Source: Candidatus Altiarchaeota archaeon
GTDB lineage: Archaea; Altiarchaeota; Altiarchaeia; IMC4; SCGC-AAA252-I15
DNA: 64,000 nt
NCBI GenBank assembly: GCA_043800255.1
Contig: JAZDNF010000001.1
Span: forward strand, 32,001 to 96,000
Reading direction: 5' to 3'
Part shown: positions 47,874-56,292 of the stretch, piece after piece
Numbering within the stretch: the stretch's first letter is position 1
Layout: each line of letters begins with the position of its first letter
Position numbers and translations under genes: made by a program
Notes under the pieces: generated by a model
What the model was told of the DNA's origin: nothing
Seen by the model: only the letters and a program-made list of their open reading frames with translations
Databases searched by the model: none

Positions 47874-50416
47874 CCTTTCGCACCTCCTGAGAGTCTTTCT
47901 AATAGTGTCGGGTCTGGTATCCTTTCGACCGGCGTCCAGCCCTGCTTTTTCAATACCTTTAGTATCTTGTCTTTGATTGTGGTCGGTATGTCCTTCTCGG
48001 TCCTAACGAGCCTGTGCAGGTCGTCCGGGACCCTGTTGTAATACTTCTCATGGAGGTTTATGTAGTGGGCAAGCTTTATCTGCCTGCCTTTGACGCCGTC
48101 CGACGCCCTCATGCACAGTTTCGGGATCAGCGTCATGACCTCCTCCTTAGTCTCTGCAACGTATGAGAGATGCTCCGGAACAGGCCCCACGTCGTATTTG
48201 CCGGGGCCTCTCGTATCGAAGACTGTCCAGTCTGTTTTGTCGTCGCTTCTCAGTTCCTTCCTGTATTTTTTGCCGGATGGCCCCCATATCACCGGGATGC
48301 CCAGTCTCATGACGCCGGCGCCTATGGAAACGGCTTTGGGCGACATGGTGCCCCAGACGAGGCCCACCGCCCCGATCCTGTTGTGGACGTAGTCTGCTAT
48401 CTCCTCGAAGTTGCCTCTAATCTTTCTCCTGCCGAAGAGCGAGGCAACCTTTATCGCGGCCCCTGTTATGTGGGAGTTGCTGACGCATGACCCAACGTTG
48501 ACCAGGTTGCCGGCTTCGAACTTGCCGCCGTATTTCTCATACAGGTTGTTTGTCCCGCTGTAGTCTGTCGCGAGCGCCATCGCAGAGCAGCCTGAGGTTG
48601 CCACTATGAAGTTTCTTTTCAGGAATTCTTCCATCATCTCGCCAAGCTCTCTGCCGCCGTTCGGCCAGAGCGAGCATCCTACAGGGGCTATGATGCCCGG
48701 TATTTCGCCGAACACCAGGGGGGCGCCGACTTCCCTTATCTCTATGTCCTGTATCGGCCCCCTTCCCGGGTTGATTTTTGCCTTGTCATTCATGAACTTG
48801 CTCTTGTATATGTCGGAGAATATCGAGACTATCGGTATCCTCTGCGGGCAGTATGATTCGCATCTCCCGCAGAAGACGCACTTGTGCAGGTAAGCCATCA
48901 GCTCCTCCTCGCTGAGCGGTTTCTCGCTTTTTCTGTCTGAGCCCCTCTTCTTTATGTCTTCGATAGCGTCTTTTGAGAGTGAATAGTACATCTCCTTCCC
49001 GCTTTTTGTTTTTCCCAGCCCTTTTATCTCGTCCAGCATCCTGTAGATGTACTGTCTTGACACTCCAAGTTTGTCTGAGAGTTCTGTCGGGGTGTAGGCG
49101 TTCTCCTTCAGGAGCACGTTCATCGCAGCCTTCAATGTGCTGCCTCCTTCCTCGGTGGTGACGTCCACATCGTGCAGTTTGAGGCATCTCATCCGTATGC
49201 TCCTTATCATCCCTCTGACGTCGTTGCCGACGGGGCATGCTTGGACGCATAGGCCGCATGCGGTGCACTTCTGGCTTTCCTCTGCGTAGTCGATTTTCAC
49301 TGCCTTTTTGCTCTTGTGAATCCTGATGGCGGTCTTTGCCGCGATTTCCCCGGCCTTCTCAAGGTCTGGGATGTAGGCGCCTTTTATCTGCCTGCTTGCC
49401 AGTTTCTCAACCACTGTGTCAGGGTTCTCCTTAGAAAGGTCTGGCAGGCCTCCGACATTGTTGTCTGATGCTGTTATAACCGGTATTCCAAGTTTTGAGG
49501 CGTTCTCTATGGTGTCCACTCTCACGCACTGTTCGTCTGTCACTATGACGTCCGCTATCCCGGACCTGACGTACGGCAGCTGGTATGAAAGCTGCCCTAT
49601 CACCTTTGTTTTCCTGTTGTATCTCGCCAGGTCCAGTGCAGTGCAGCATATTCCTGCGACTTCCACGTCAATGTTGTTCTCCGTAACGTAGTCTATGATC
49701 TCGACTCCTGTCACCACGTTGTGGCCTATGCAGAGTATTACCGGCTTCTTGTTGTCTGCGGTGCTGAATCCTATCTCTGCGTGCTCTACCTCCTGCTCCC
49801 CCCTGGGCAGGTTCAACGCGACAATCTGGGTTATGTCCGCTATTTCCATGCCAAGGTGGTCTAACATCCCGGCGTGCAGCGTTTTTGAGCTGAAGTCGAG
49901 TTCGCTTGATTCCTGTCCCATGTGCAGGGACGACGTCAGCTGAGTGAGCTGTTCTTCTACATAGCTTAATGGCTTCTCCAGGTCTCCCAGAGTCTTCGGC
50001 CTTATGCCGTATACGAGTTGCGTCCACGGTGCCTGCATCTCAGAGCCTGCCGCCGGGTCAAGTTTCAGGTCTCTGCCGTATTTTTTTGTCAGGCTGTCTA
50101 GGCCGTGTCTGGCGTGTGCCGTGTGCGCCGCCGCGCCGATTACTGCCAGCAGGAGGTTTTCCCTTGCCATCTGCGTGTTCAGGTTGATTCCGCACGCTCC
50201 TCGCCTGTTGGCGTTGAGGTCGCATGGTCCGTAGGCACAGAGGAAGCATTGCTTGAGGTAGGTGTGGTACTTTGGCTTATACCTCCTGAGGAGTTTCTCG
50301 TCCCATCCTCTGAGGTCTGTGACCTTTGGTTTCATGTTGGGGCCAATTGGCTCCCAGTCATCATCTTCCAAAACTTCCCCTATTGTTATCCTTACGTTTT
50401 CTCCGTCAATCTTCAT
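47870..50416 (-). CDS. cdhA: ACDS alpha subunit (Ni-CO dehydrogenase) with ~90-aa internal wHTH-like insertion
   Basis: CFLCAYGPC..GACG, IGHN, GICCT, DEQC, VGCS, SGCS, GSCVSN ligands; insertion between CTACGLCVQACP and CVFCGRCESYCP; start ATG 50416 or TTG 50425. Confidence 0.95.
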   Translation of the reverse strand: MKIDGENVRITIGEVLEDDDWEPIGPNMKPKVTDLRGWDEKLLRRYKPKYHTYLKQCFLCAYGPCDLNANRRGACGINLNTQMARENLLLAVIGAAAHTAHARHGLDSLTKKYGRDLKLDPAAGSEMQAPWTQLVYGIRPKTLGDLEKPLSYVEEQLTQLTSSLHMGQESSELDFSSKTLHAGMLDHLGMEIADITQIVALNLPRGEQEVEHAEIGFSTADNKKPVILCIGHNVVTGVEIIDYVTENNIDVEVAGICCTALDLARYNRKTKVIGQLSYQLPYVRSGIADVIVTDEQCVRVDTIENASKLGIPVITASDNNVGGLPDLSKENPDTVVEKLASRQIKGAYIPDLEKAGEIAAKTAIRIHKSKKAVKIDYAEESQKCTACGLCVQACPVGNDVRGMIRSIRMRCLKLHDVDVTTEEGGSTLKAAMNVLLKENAYTPTELSDKLGVSRQYIYRMLDEIKGLGKTKSGKEMYYSLSKDAIEDIKKRGSDRKSEKPLSEEELMAYLHKCVFCGRCESYCPQRIPIVSIFSDIYKSKFMNDKAKINPGRGPIQDIEIREVGAPLVFGEIPGIIAPVGCSLWPNGGRELGEMMEEFLKRNFIVATSGCSAMALATDYSGTNNLYEKYGGKFEAGNLVNVGSCVSNSHITGAAIKVASLFGRRKIRGNFEEIADYVHNRIGAVGLVWGTMSPKAVSIGAGVMRLGIPVIWGPSGKKYRKELRSDDKTDWTVFDTRGPGKYDVGPVPEHLSYVAETKEEVMTLIPKLCMRASDGVKGRQIKLAHYINLHEKYYNRVPDDLHRLVRTEKDIPTTIKDKILKVLKKQGWTPVERIPDPTLLERLSGGAKG

Positions 50417-50591
50417 CTTTCTCAACTTCTGTCGTGTGGTTCATGAAGTCTATCTTCTTTATCCTGCAGTTTTCCAGCTCTGTTTTTTTACCGAGAATGT
50501 CTGAGATTATCAGTTTCCTGTCAGATATTGTTATCCTGGCAGCTTCTTTTACTATCTCTTCCCCGTCTAATACCACCTTTGATTCGCACAT
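50406..50591 (-). CDS. cooT: CooT-family nickel-binding protein
   Basis: N-terminal MCES, DILG, IKKIDFMNH; first gene of the CODH operon. Confidence 0.85.
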   Translation of the reverse strand: MCESKVVLDGEEIVKEAARITISDRKLIISDILGKKTELENCRIKKIDFMNHTTEVEKDED

Positions 50592-50595
50592 CCTA

Positions 50596-50710
50596 GTTTA
50601 CATATATCGGCATCATCATTTAAAAATGAAAATTATTGGTTTACACGTCTTTAAAAAGCGCAATATCTAGCTCTATTATCATAAATGGCATGAACCACTG
50701 GTTTACATAT
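50596..50710. promoter_or_regulatory. Promoter region of the cdh-fwd operon with three GTTTACA(Y) repeats and TATA-like boxes
   Basis: GTTTACATAT 50596-50605, GTTTACAC 50639-50646, GTTTACATAT 50701-50710; minus-strand TTTTTAAA at about 50619-50626 and 50650-50657. Confidence 0.55.
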
Positions 50711-50760
50711 TAAACCTACCCGCAGAACTTTTTTATATTATAAGACAGTACGCTCCCGGC

Positions 50761-52275
50761 TTATCCGAGAGAGTAGAGGTTGCCCTCTTTTTTGATGTTG
50801 ATACCCAGCTGTTGCCTCTCATAGGATGACAGGGTGTTGTAGACCTTCCCCAAAGAAACTTTGTTGGAGAGTATCGCGCTCATGATTTCACCCTTTGCCT
50901 TTCTACTGAACGCATTATCTGAGATGTCACCTTCAACTTTGACGCCAAGGATTGTGAGCCTCTCAACGAGCGGCTCTTCCAGGGCCTTTTCATCAGTCTC
51001 AGTCTGCTCTGGCATGGAAACGGGAGGTCTCACATCGTCCTGCGCTATCCTGAACTCAGCGTCCATCCTATCTGGCGTCTTTCCCGGCCTCCCCCTGGTT
51101 CTACTCTTTTCAGCAGGCCTTCCCTCTAAAGTTTTTGGAGCGTCTACCGGCGCTGGAATCTTATTAGCAGGAATCGGTTCCGGAGGAGTGCCCTCTTTCC
51201 TCTCATTTTGGACTCTAACCATGAGCTGTTCGAAGACCTTCGACAGGTCCTCCCTGCCGTAGCCTGCGAATAGGCTGATGCACTGCTGGAAAAAATTCTC
51301 CCCCTTCGCTGGTTCCGCCTGGTTTCCGAAGCGTTCGAACATGTGGGCTGCGCTATCATAGTGTTTCTTCTGATTGTAAGCGTGTCCCGCCCCTATAAAA
51401 TCCAGAGCCTTAACCTTCTTGAGTATGCTCTCTTTCGTGGTGACGACGTCGTCCTTGAGGTTCAACCTAGTCAGGATCACATTCTCCCCGTAGCCTCTTG
51501 CGAACGAGTCCAGCATCATGTTGTTGAGGTACGCCCAGGTGTCATAGTTGTTGACGAACTTCTTCTGCGCCATATTATCCAACATCACAGTAATGGCGTC
51601 CCTTGCGACCCTGTTCATCTCCTCAGGCTTTCCGAGGTGCACCTCCAAGTCCGTCCCCATTACCGTTCCATCCTTCCTCTGGAGTATGTGATCAACGGCA
51701 TAGTCTTTCCCCTTGCCTATGTCACCTACCACAGCGCCCTTGTCCTTGAAGGCTTTCAGGAACCTGCCTACTGCCTCCATCTGTTCTTCAACCTTCTTGT
51801 AGCTCATCGACTCTACAGCACCGTAGATTGAATCCTCAACTTTTTCTCCCCTCTCCTCTACCAAGTAAGTCCGGCGTGTTTTCCCGCTTGAGATCACAGC
51901 AGCAACAGGGATTGCAACAGGCAACCCAGTGTGGAGTAAAATAAGGTTGTTGTTTGCCTCCTCTTCAGGCGGAACGTGGGGGCCGGTTTTGAGGTGGGAC
52001 GTCTTGTAGACGAAGTCGTCCGAGTATTTCACAGGATCCCTCCTCCCAGACGGCTGGAACTCTCCAATCATTTTAACATGATCTTCCAGGCCCTGAGTTA
52101 ACATCATAAGAGGGAGGCCTGATTTAGCGTCAAATTTCAACTCATAGTCTCCACTGACGGACTGCTTGAACGTCTCAACCAGCGCGCTCCTCCTCTCAAC
52201 CACACTAAGGTCTCTTATCCCAAAGAGGTCAGGCGCGTTCCCGCCTCCTGCGGCACCCTGCCTGCTTTTTATCAT
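50761..52275 (-). CDS. Hypothetical protein with divergent Kdo/WaaP/Bud32-like kinase fold and Pro-rich linker
   Basis: VYK...EEE..N..L...GLPVAIPVA...YLVEE...VGRFL..FKDKG..VGDI...HIL...GTDLE. Confidence 0.55.
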   Translation of the reverse strand: MIKSRQGAAGGGNAPDLFGIRDLSVVERRSALVETFKQSVSGDYELKFDAKSGLPLMMLTQGLEDHVKMIGEFQPSGRRDPVKYSDDFVYKTSHLKTGPHVPPEEEANNNLILLHTGLPVAIPVAAVISSGKTRRTYLVEERGEKVEDSIYGAVESMSYKKVEEQMEAVGRFLKAFKDKGAVVGDIGKGKDYAVDHILQRKDGTVMGTDLEVHLGKPEEMNRVARDAITVMLDNMAQKKFVNNYDTWAYLNNMMLDSFARGYGENVILTRLNLKDDVVTTKESILKKVKALDFIGAGHAYNQKKHYDSAAHMFERFGNQAEPAKGENFFQQCISLFAGYGREDLSKVFEQLMVRVQNERKEGTPPEPIPANKIPAPVDAPKTLEGRPAEKSRTRGRPGKTPDRMDAEFRIAQDDVRPPVSMPEQTETDEKALEEPLVERLTILGVKVEGDISDNAFSRKAKGEIMSAILSNKVSLGKVYNTLSSYERQQLGINIKKEGNLYSLG

Positions 52276-52311
52276 ACACTTATAATCTGCGCTTGAGAAA
52301 TAAATAAGGTC

Positions 52312-52947
52312 TCAGATCCGCTGTTTTCTCCCATAAGTACAGTACTTTCTAATCCTGCAGGTGCTGCACTTCGGGTTGATGGGATGGCAGACTCGTTGTC
52401 CGTATTTTACCAGCAGCTCGTTGATTTCGATCCAATACTCTCTGGGAAGAACGTTTGAAAGCTGTTGTTCGGTCTGTTCGGGCGTCCTAGTCCTCACCCA
52501 GCCTATCCTGTTAGATATCCTGTGGACGTGCGTGTCAACTGGGATGGCAGGTTTGTTGTATGCATAGACAAGCACGCAGTTGGCGGTCTTCCTGCCAACG
52601 CCTGGCAGGGAGAGGAGAGTGTCCATGTCTTCTGGCACCGTTCCTCCGAATTTTTCCACTAATTGCCTGCTGATTTCTCTAATCCTCTCAGCTTTGACCT
52701 TGTAGAAGCCGCTCGGTTTAATCAGGGTTTCGATTGTCCGAATGTTAGCGTTGGCCAGCTGTTTTGGAGTCTTAAACCTTCTGAACAGTCTGTTTGAAGC
52801 TTTTTCGGTGTTAGCGTCCTTGGTCCTCTGGCTTAATACTGTAGAAATCAGAACCTTGAATGGATTGGTGTCCCAGACGACGGCCCAGCTGGTTCCGACA
52901 TCCTCCCTGAGAATGCTTACGATTGCCTTAATGTTACGGTTTCCCAT
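52312..52947 (-). CDS. nth: Endonuclease III
   Basis: LSQRT, LPGVGRKTA, VDTHVHRI, C-x6-C-x2-C-x5-C. Confidence 0.96.
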   Translation of the reverse strand: MGNRNIKAIVSILREDVGTSWAVVWDTNPFKVLISTVLSQRTKDANTEKASNRLFRRFKTPKQLANANIRTIETLIKPSGFYKVKAERIREISRQLVEKFGGTVPEDMDTLLSLPGVGRKTANCVLVYAYNKPAIPVDTHVHRISNRIGWVRTRTPEQTEQQLSNVLPREYWIEINELLVKYGQRVCHPINPKCSTCRIRKYCTYGRKQRI

Positions 52948-53454
52948 CTAAGCTGTTATCGTCCCGAAGTCGTGCCATTCGCCTGTCTCTGTTATGAACT
53001 CGACTTGGGTTTCCAGGAGCGAGAGGTGCCTTTCCTCAGCTTCTACGAGCATCTCGAACGTGTCCTGCAATTCTTCATCTTCGGCCTCCTTCTTCAGCCT
53101 GCCGTACAGTTCGATGCTCTCCTTCTCGGCGTTTATTCCGATGTTCAAGGCGTCAAGGTCATCCGAGCCTTTGCCGGAAGCACCGCCCGAAACCCTCTCA
53201 GAGAATACCCTGCCTATGACGACCTCCTCAAGGTCCTCTCCGCCTTCATAGTCTTCTCCGACGATTTCGACATACTTTTCCCTGAGCAGCGACTCATGCT
53301 CTGCCTCCTCATCAGCAAGGAAGTTGAACATCTCAGTGCCGTTCTCGTCAGCAGTCCTCTCAGCAGCCTCGCGGTAGAATTTCTGCCCCGCCATTTCAAG
53401 CTCGATGGCGCTCTCCAATCCTTTCACAATCTTCTCATCAGCTTCTTCCATCAT
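52948..53454 (-). CDS. Ferritin-like/rubrerythrin-family protein
   Basis: ExxxxFY...EExxH repeated twice; GGTGA RBS. Confidence 0.88.
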   Translation of the reverse strand: MMEEADEKIVKGLESAIELEMAGQKFYREAAERTADENGTEMFNFLADEEAEHESLLREKYVEIVGEDYEGGEDLEEVVIGRVFSERVSGGASGKGSDDLDALNIGINAEKESIELYGRLKKEAEDEELQDTFEMLVEAEERHLSLLETQVEFITETGEWHDFGTITA

Positions 53455-53505
53455 ATCACCCAAAAACTGTTGTAATATTCTTCGACCTTATATAAAAGGC
53501 TGGAT

Positions 53506-54144
53506 TCACTTAAAAACTTCGCCGGTTTCGATGGACCAGAAGAGCAGGTCGAGCTCGTCCATCGGGATTCCAATCTTCCTGCAGTAATCTCTCACCTTTC
53601 CCTCGATCTGAAAATACCTTTTTCTTGTGATGGTGTTCGGCACCCATCTGATGACTTTCTGAGCTTTCAGGTTTTTCATGATATGCCTGTCCAGTATGGC
53701 GACATCAGAGCCCCTGCCGACGTTTCTCATGAAGTGGGAGGCCTCCTTGTAGCCCAGTCCCTTCACGTTTCTGACAAGCCAGTCTCGCGCGAGTTCGTCG
53801 TTTTCGAAACTTTTGAGGACGTCATTTATCCCCAACCTGCCATCCCCTGAGAATGTCCGCCTCGCTTCTATGATGTAAGAAGCCTTGTTGTTGTGGAATC
53901 TGACGCCCGATTTTTTCAGGACCGCCGCAATTCTCGCCTTGCTGCCCTCTGGAAGCAGTCTCTCCGATTTAAGTTGCCTAACCGCTCTATCGCACGATCT
54001 CGCTTTCGACTGCGGTGTCAGAAGGCAGAAGCAGAGCTCCTCAAACACTCTCTCATCAGACTGTCTTCCCGCAGCTTTGAACTCGGAAAGCCTCTTCTTT
54101 ATCGCCCCCTTTTTTACGGCGTGTTCAGCAAGAAGTTCACTCAT
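53506..54144 (-). CDS. ogg: 8-oxoguanine DNA glycosylase/AP lyase (Ogg2)
   Basis: ELCFCLLT, RFHNNKA, KGLGYKEASHFMRNVG, ILDRH, LDLLFW..ETG.VFK. Confidence 0.93.
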   Translation of the reverse strand: MSELLAEHAVKKGAIKKRLSEFKAAGRQSDERVFEELCFCLLTPQSKARSCDRAVRQLKSERLLPEGSKARIAAVLKKSGVRFHNNKASYIIEARRTFSGDGRLGINDVLKSFENDELARDWLVRNVKGLGYKEASHFMRNVGRGSDVAILDRHIMKNLKAQKVIRWVPNTITRKRYFQIEGKVRDYCRKIGIPMDELDLLFWSIETGEVFK

Positions 54145-54868
54145 ACTCCCGGACCAGATCAGCGAGCTTTGAAACTGACGTGTGGAATTTCGTATCGGTG
54201 GTCGTCTTCCCGGCTCTGAACAATTTCATAAACTCATCATCGAATGGGATCGAGTGGTCAATCTCAAGCTCCTTCTTCAGGAACTTCAGTTCACCGTCGT
54301 CGCGAACCTTGTTCGCAACGACTACGGCATTGCCTATCCCCAAATCCGACGCGAACTTCATCAGCCTCTTCGTCACCGAGACCGAGTTCCTGTCAGCCTC
54401 TGTCACGATCAGTATCGAATCCACTCTCCTGATTGTTCCCCTGCTCATCGGCTCAAGGCCGGCTTCCATGTCCACTATCACAATCTCGTCCCTTTTCAGC
54501 ACAATCTCTTGTAGAAGCGACCTCAGTATCGCGTTCTCAGGGCACATGCAGCCTTTCCCAGCCTCGGTGACCGTGCCAGCCACCAGGAGCTTCAGCCTCT
54601 CCTGCACTTCAACAGCGTATCTGTCAACGATGTCCCTGACTTCGGGATTCATCCTTACCAGCCCGTCAGGCAGCCTCGCTCTCTCGTCTGCCAGCTCCTT
54701 CATTTTGCTGATTGGTGTTATGTCATCGCGGTTGAAGACTGTCGCAAGGTTCAGGCTCGGGTCTGCGTCCACGAGTATAACGTCCTTATCCCTGCTGAGA
54801 ATGATCCCCAGCGCGGCTGCGATGGATGTCTTCCCGACGCCGCCCTTGCCTGTTACCGCGATTTTCAT
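54137..54868 (-). CDS. cooC: Second CooC-type nickel-insertion ATPase
   Basis: GKGGVGKT, DADP, GCMCPEN, DMEAGLE. Confidence 0.9.
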   Translation of the reverse strand: MKIAVTGKGGVGKTSIAAALGIILSRDKDVILVDADPSLNLATVFNRDDITPISKMKELADERARLPDGLVRMNPEVRDIVDRYAVEVQERLKLLVAGTVTEAGKGCMCPENAILRSLLQEIVLKRDEIVIVDMEAGLEPMSRGTIRRVDSILIVTEADRNSVSVTKRLMKFASDLGIGNAVVVANKVRDDGELKFLKKELEIDHSIPFDDEFMKLFRAGKTTTDTKFHTSVSKLADLVREYE

Positions 54869-55746
54869 TCTAGCTTGTGCTTCTTCCCAAACGTATACTG
54901 TCTGCCGCTCAACAGGTCAGTCACCTTAAGCTCCGCTGGCGCGAACACTGCAGGGTCTATCCTGTAGAAGTCCCTCCCAGCTGCATCATATATCGTCCTG
55001 AACCTCTGCCCGTAGGATTCCGACGCTGATGAGACCGCCTTAGCTGAGAGCTTCTCATCCCAGCCTCTCGTTCCTATGGTGACAGAGCCCTGGTATATTA
55101 TCGCGTCGTTCGCGGAGAACGCATCCCCCTCTTCCGGCATCGGAACAAGGCCGGATGCGGACTCTATCCTTGTGACGTCATATTCGAGGAAGTTCAGTCT
55201 GAACAGCGCCATCTCAACGACTCTTGCAAGCACGTTTACGAGCCCGATACGCGAGTCACCTCTGAACGCTGCCATGATCATCCTCCCGGAGCCCGCGGCT
55301 TTGGGAAGTCCCTCCAGCGTCTCCTGCTCAGGTAGTCTGTCTGTCTCCAATATCAGGGCGGTTTTTTCTGAAGTCTCCTTGTAGCCTACTGCCTCTATTA
55401 TGTCGCGCGGCTTCTTGGCAGGTATCCTTGCAGGGCCTGAGCCTAACGCGCTTCCGCTTTTGGTTGGAATGTTCCAGCCTGCGAGCTGGCAGCCCAATGT
55501 TGCAATCCCAGGATGCTCTTTTATGTCAACTTTGATGCCATCCTCGTTGACTTTAACCTTCCCGAGCAGGCCCATGCTGGACTCAGCGATTACCGGCGCC
55601 AGCTTCTCCGCCCTCCCAGGCGCCAGCTTCGAAGTGACGCCTAGGTCAAGCACCGTCAGGTTCTCGTATTCGATAACCTTGCACAGGTCTTTCAGCTGAT
55701 ACAGTCTGTCGTATGTTTTCCTGTTCAGCTCAAGGTTTCCATCCAT
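54865..55746 (-). CDS. mch: Methenyl-H4MPT cyclohydrolase
   Basis: LGCQLAGW, GSGPAR, LILET, ARVVE, NDAIIY, DFYRIDPAVFAPA. Confidence 0.9.
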   Translation of the reverse strand: MDGNLELNRKTYDRLYQLKDLCKVIEYENLTVLDLGVTSKLAPGRAEKLAPVIAESSMGLLGKVKVNEDGIKVDIKEHPGIATLGCQLAGWNIPTKSGSALGSGPARIPAKKPRDIIEAVGYKETSEKTALILETDRLPEQETLEGLPKAAGSGRMIMAAFRGDSRIGLVNVLARVVEMALFRLNFLEYDVTRIESASGLVPMPEEGDAFSANDAIIYQGSVTIGTRGWDEKLSAKAVSSASESYGQRFRTIYDAAGRDFYRIDPAVFAPAELKVTDLLSGRQYTFGKKHKLE

Positions 55747-56288
55747 CTGATGTCCTCCGGCGTGTTGATGTTCCTGAACGTTAGCAGCCCTCTGTCAAAC
55801 ATCCTAAGCTCTTCTACCGGGATGTAGGAGACGTCCAGCGATTCTATCATCGTCCTGACCCTCCTGTCTTCTGGAATCCCAACCCCTATAAACGGCTTCC
55901 TCCTGTAGATTCCATGCAGCGGCTCAATATCGCCGTTCTCATGCCTTGGGAAGAGCCCGTCACCCTCAACCCTGTCCACCATGAACCTTACTACTTTATC
56001 GTTAATAAAGGGCATGTCGCACGCGGCCACGAACACGTAATCTGATGTCAGGTTCTTGAGGCCTGCGACTATCGCCCCGGCAGGACCTGCTCCCAAGTCT
56101 TCGGTGATGTAATCGACGCCCAGTTTTCCGGTCTTGTCGGCTACAGACTCGTTCGCGACTATGAGAACCTTGTCGAATATTCCTGCAAGAGTTTCATAGC
56201 CGTGTCTGAAAAGCTTTCTGCCCTTGATTTTTATGAAAGGCTTGTCCTTGAGTCTGGTGCTCCTGCCGAAGAGCATTAGCGCTTGCAT
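55725..56288 (-). CDS. mobA: Molybdenum cofactor guanylyltransferase
   Basis: GRSTR..DK, GPAGAI, ACDMPF, EPLHGIY, NINTPED. Confidence 0.88.
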   Translation of the reverse strand: MQALMLFGRSTRLKDKPFIKIKGRKLFRHGYETLAGIFDKVLIVANESVADKTGKLGVDYITEDLGAGPAGAIVAGLKNLTSDYVFVAACDMPFINDKVVRFMVDRVEGDGLFPRHENGDIEPLHGIYRRKPFIGVGIPEDRRVRTMIESLDVSYIPVEELRMFDRGLLTFRNINTPEDIRWMETLS

Positions 56289-56292
56289 TCTG

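Noticed and set aside
48885-49230. CdhA insertion considered as an intein or mobile element
   Set aside because: No C-terminal HN-C/S/T splice motif, no LAGLIDADG and no terminal repeats; too short
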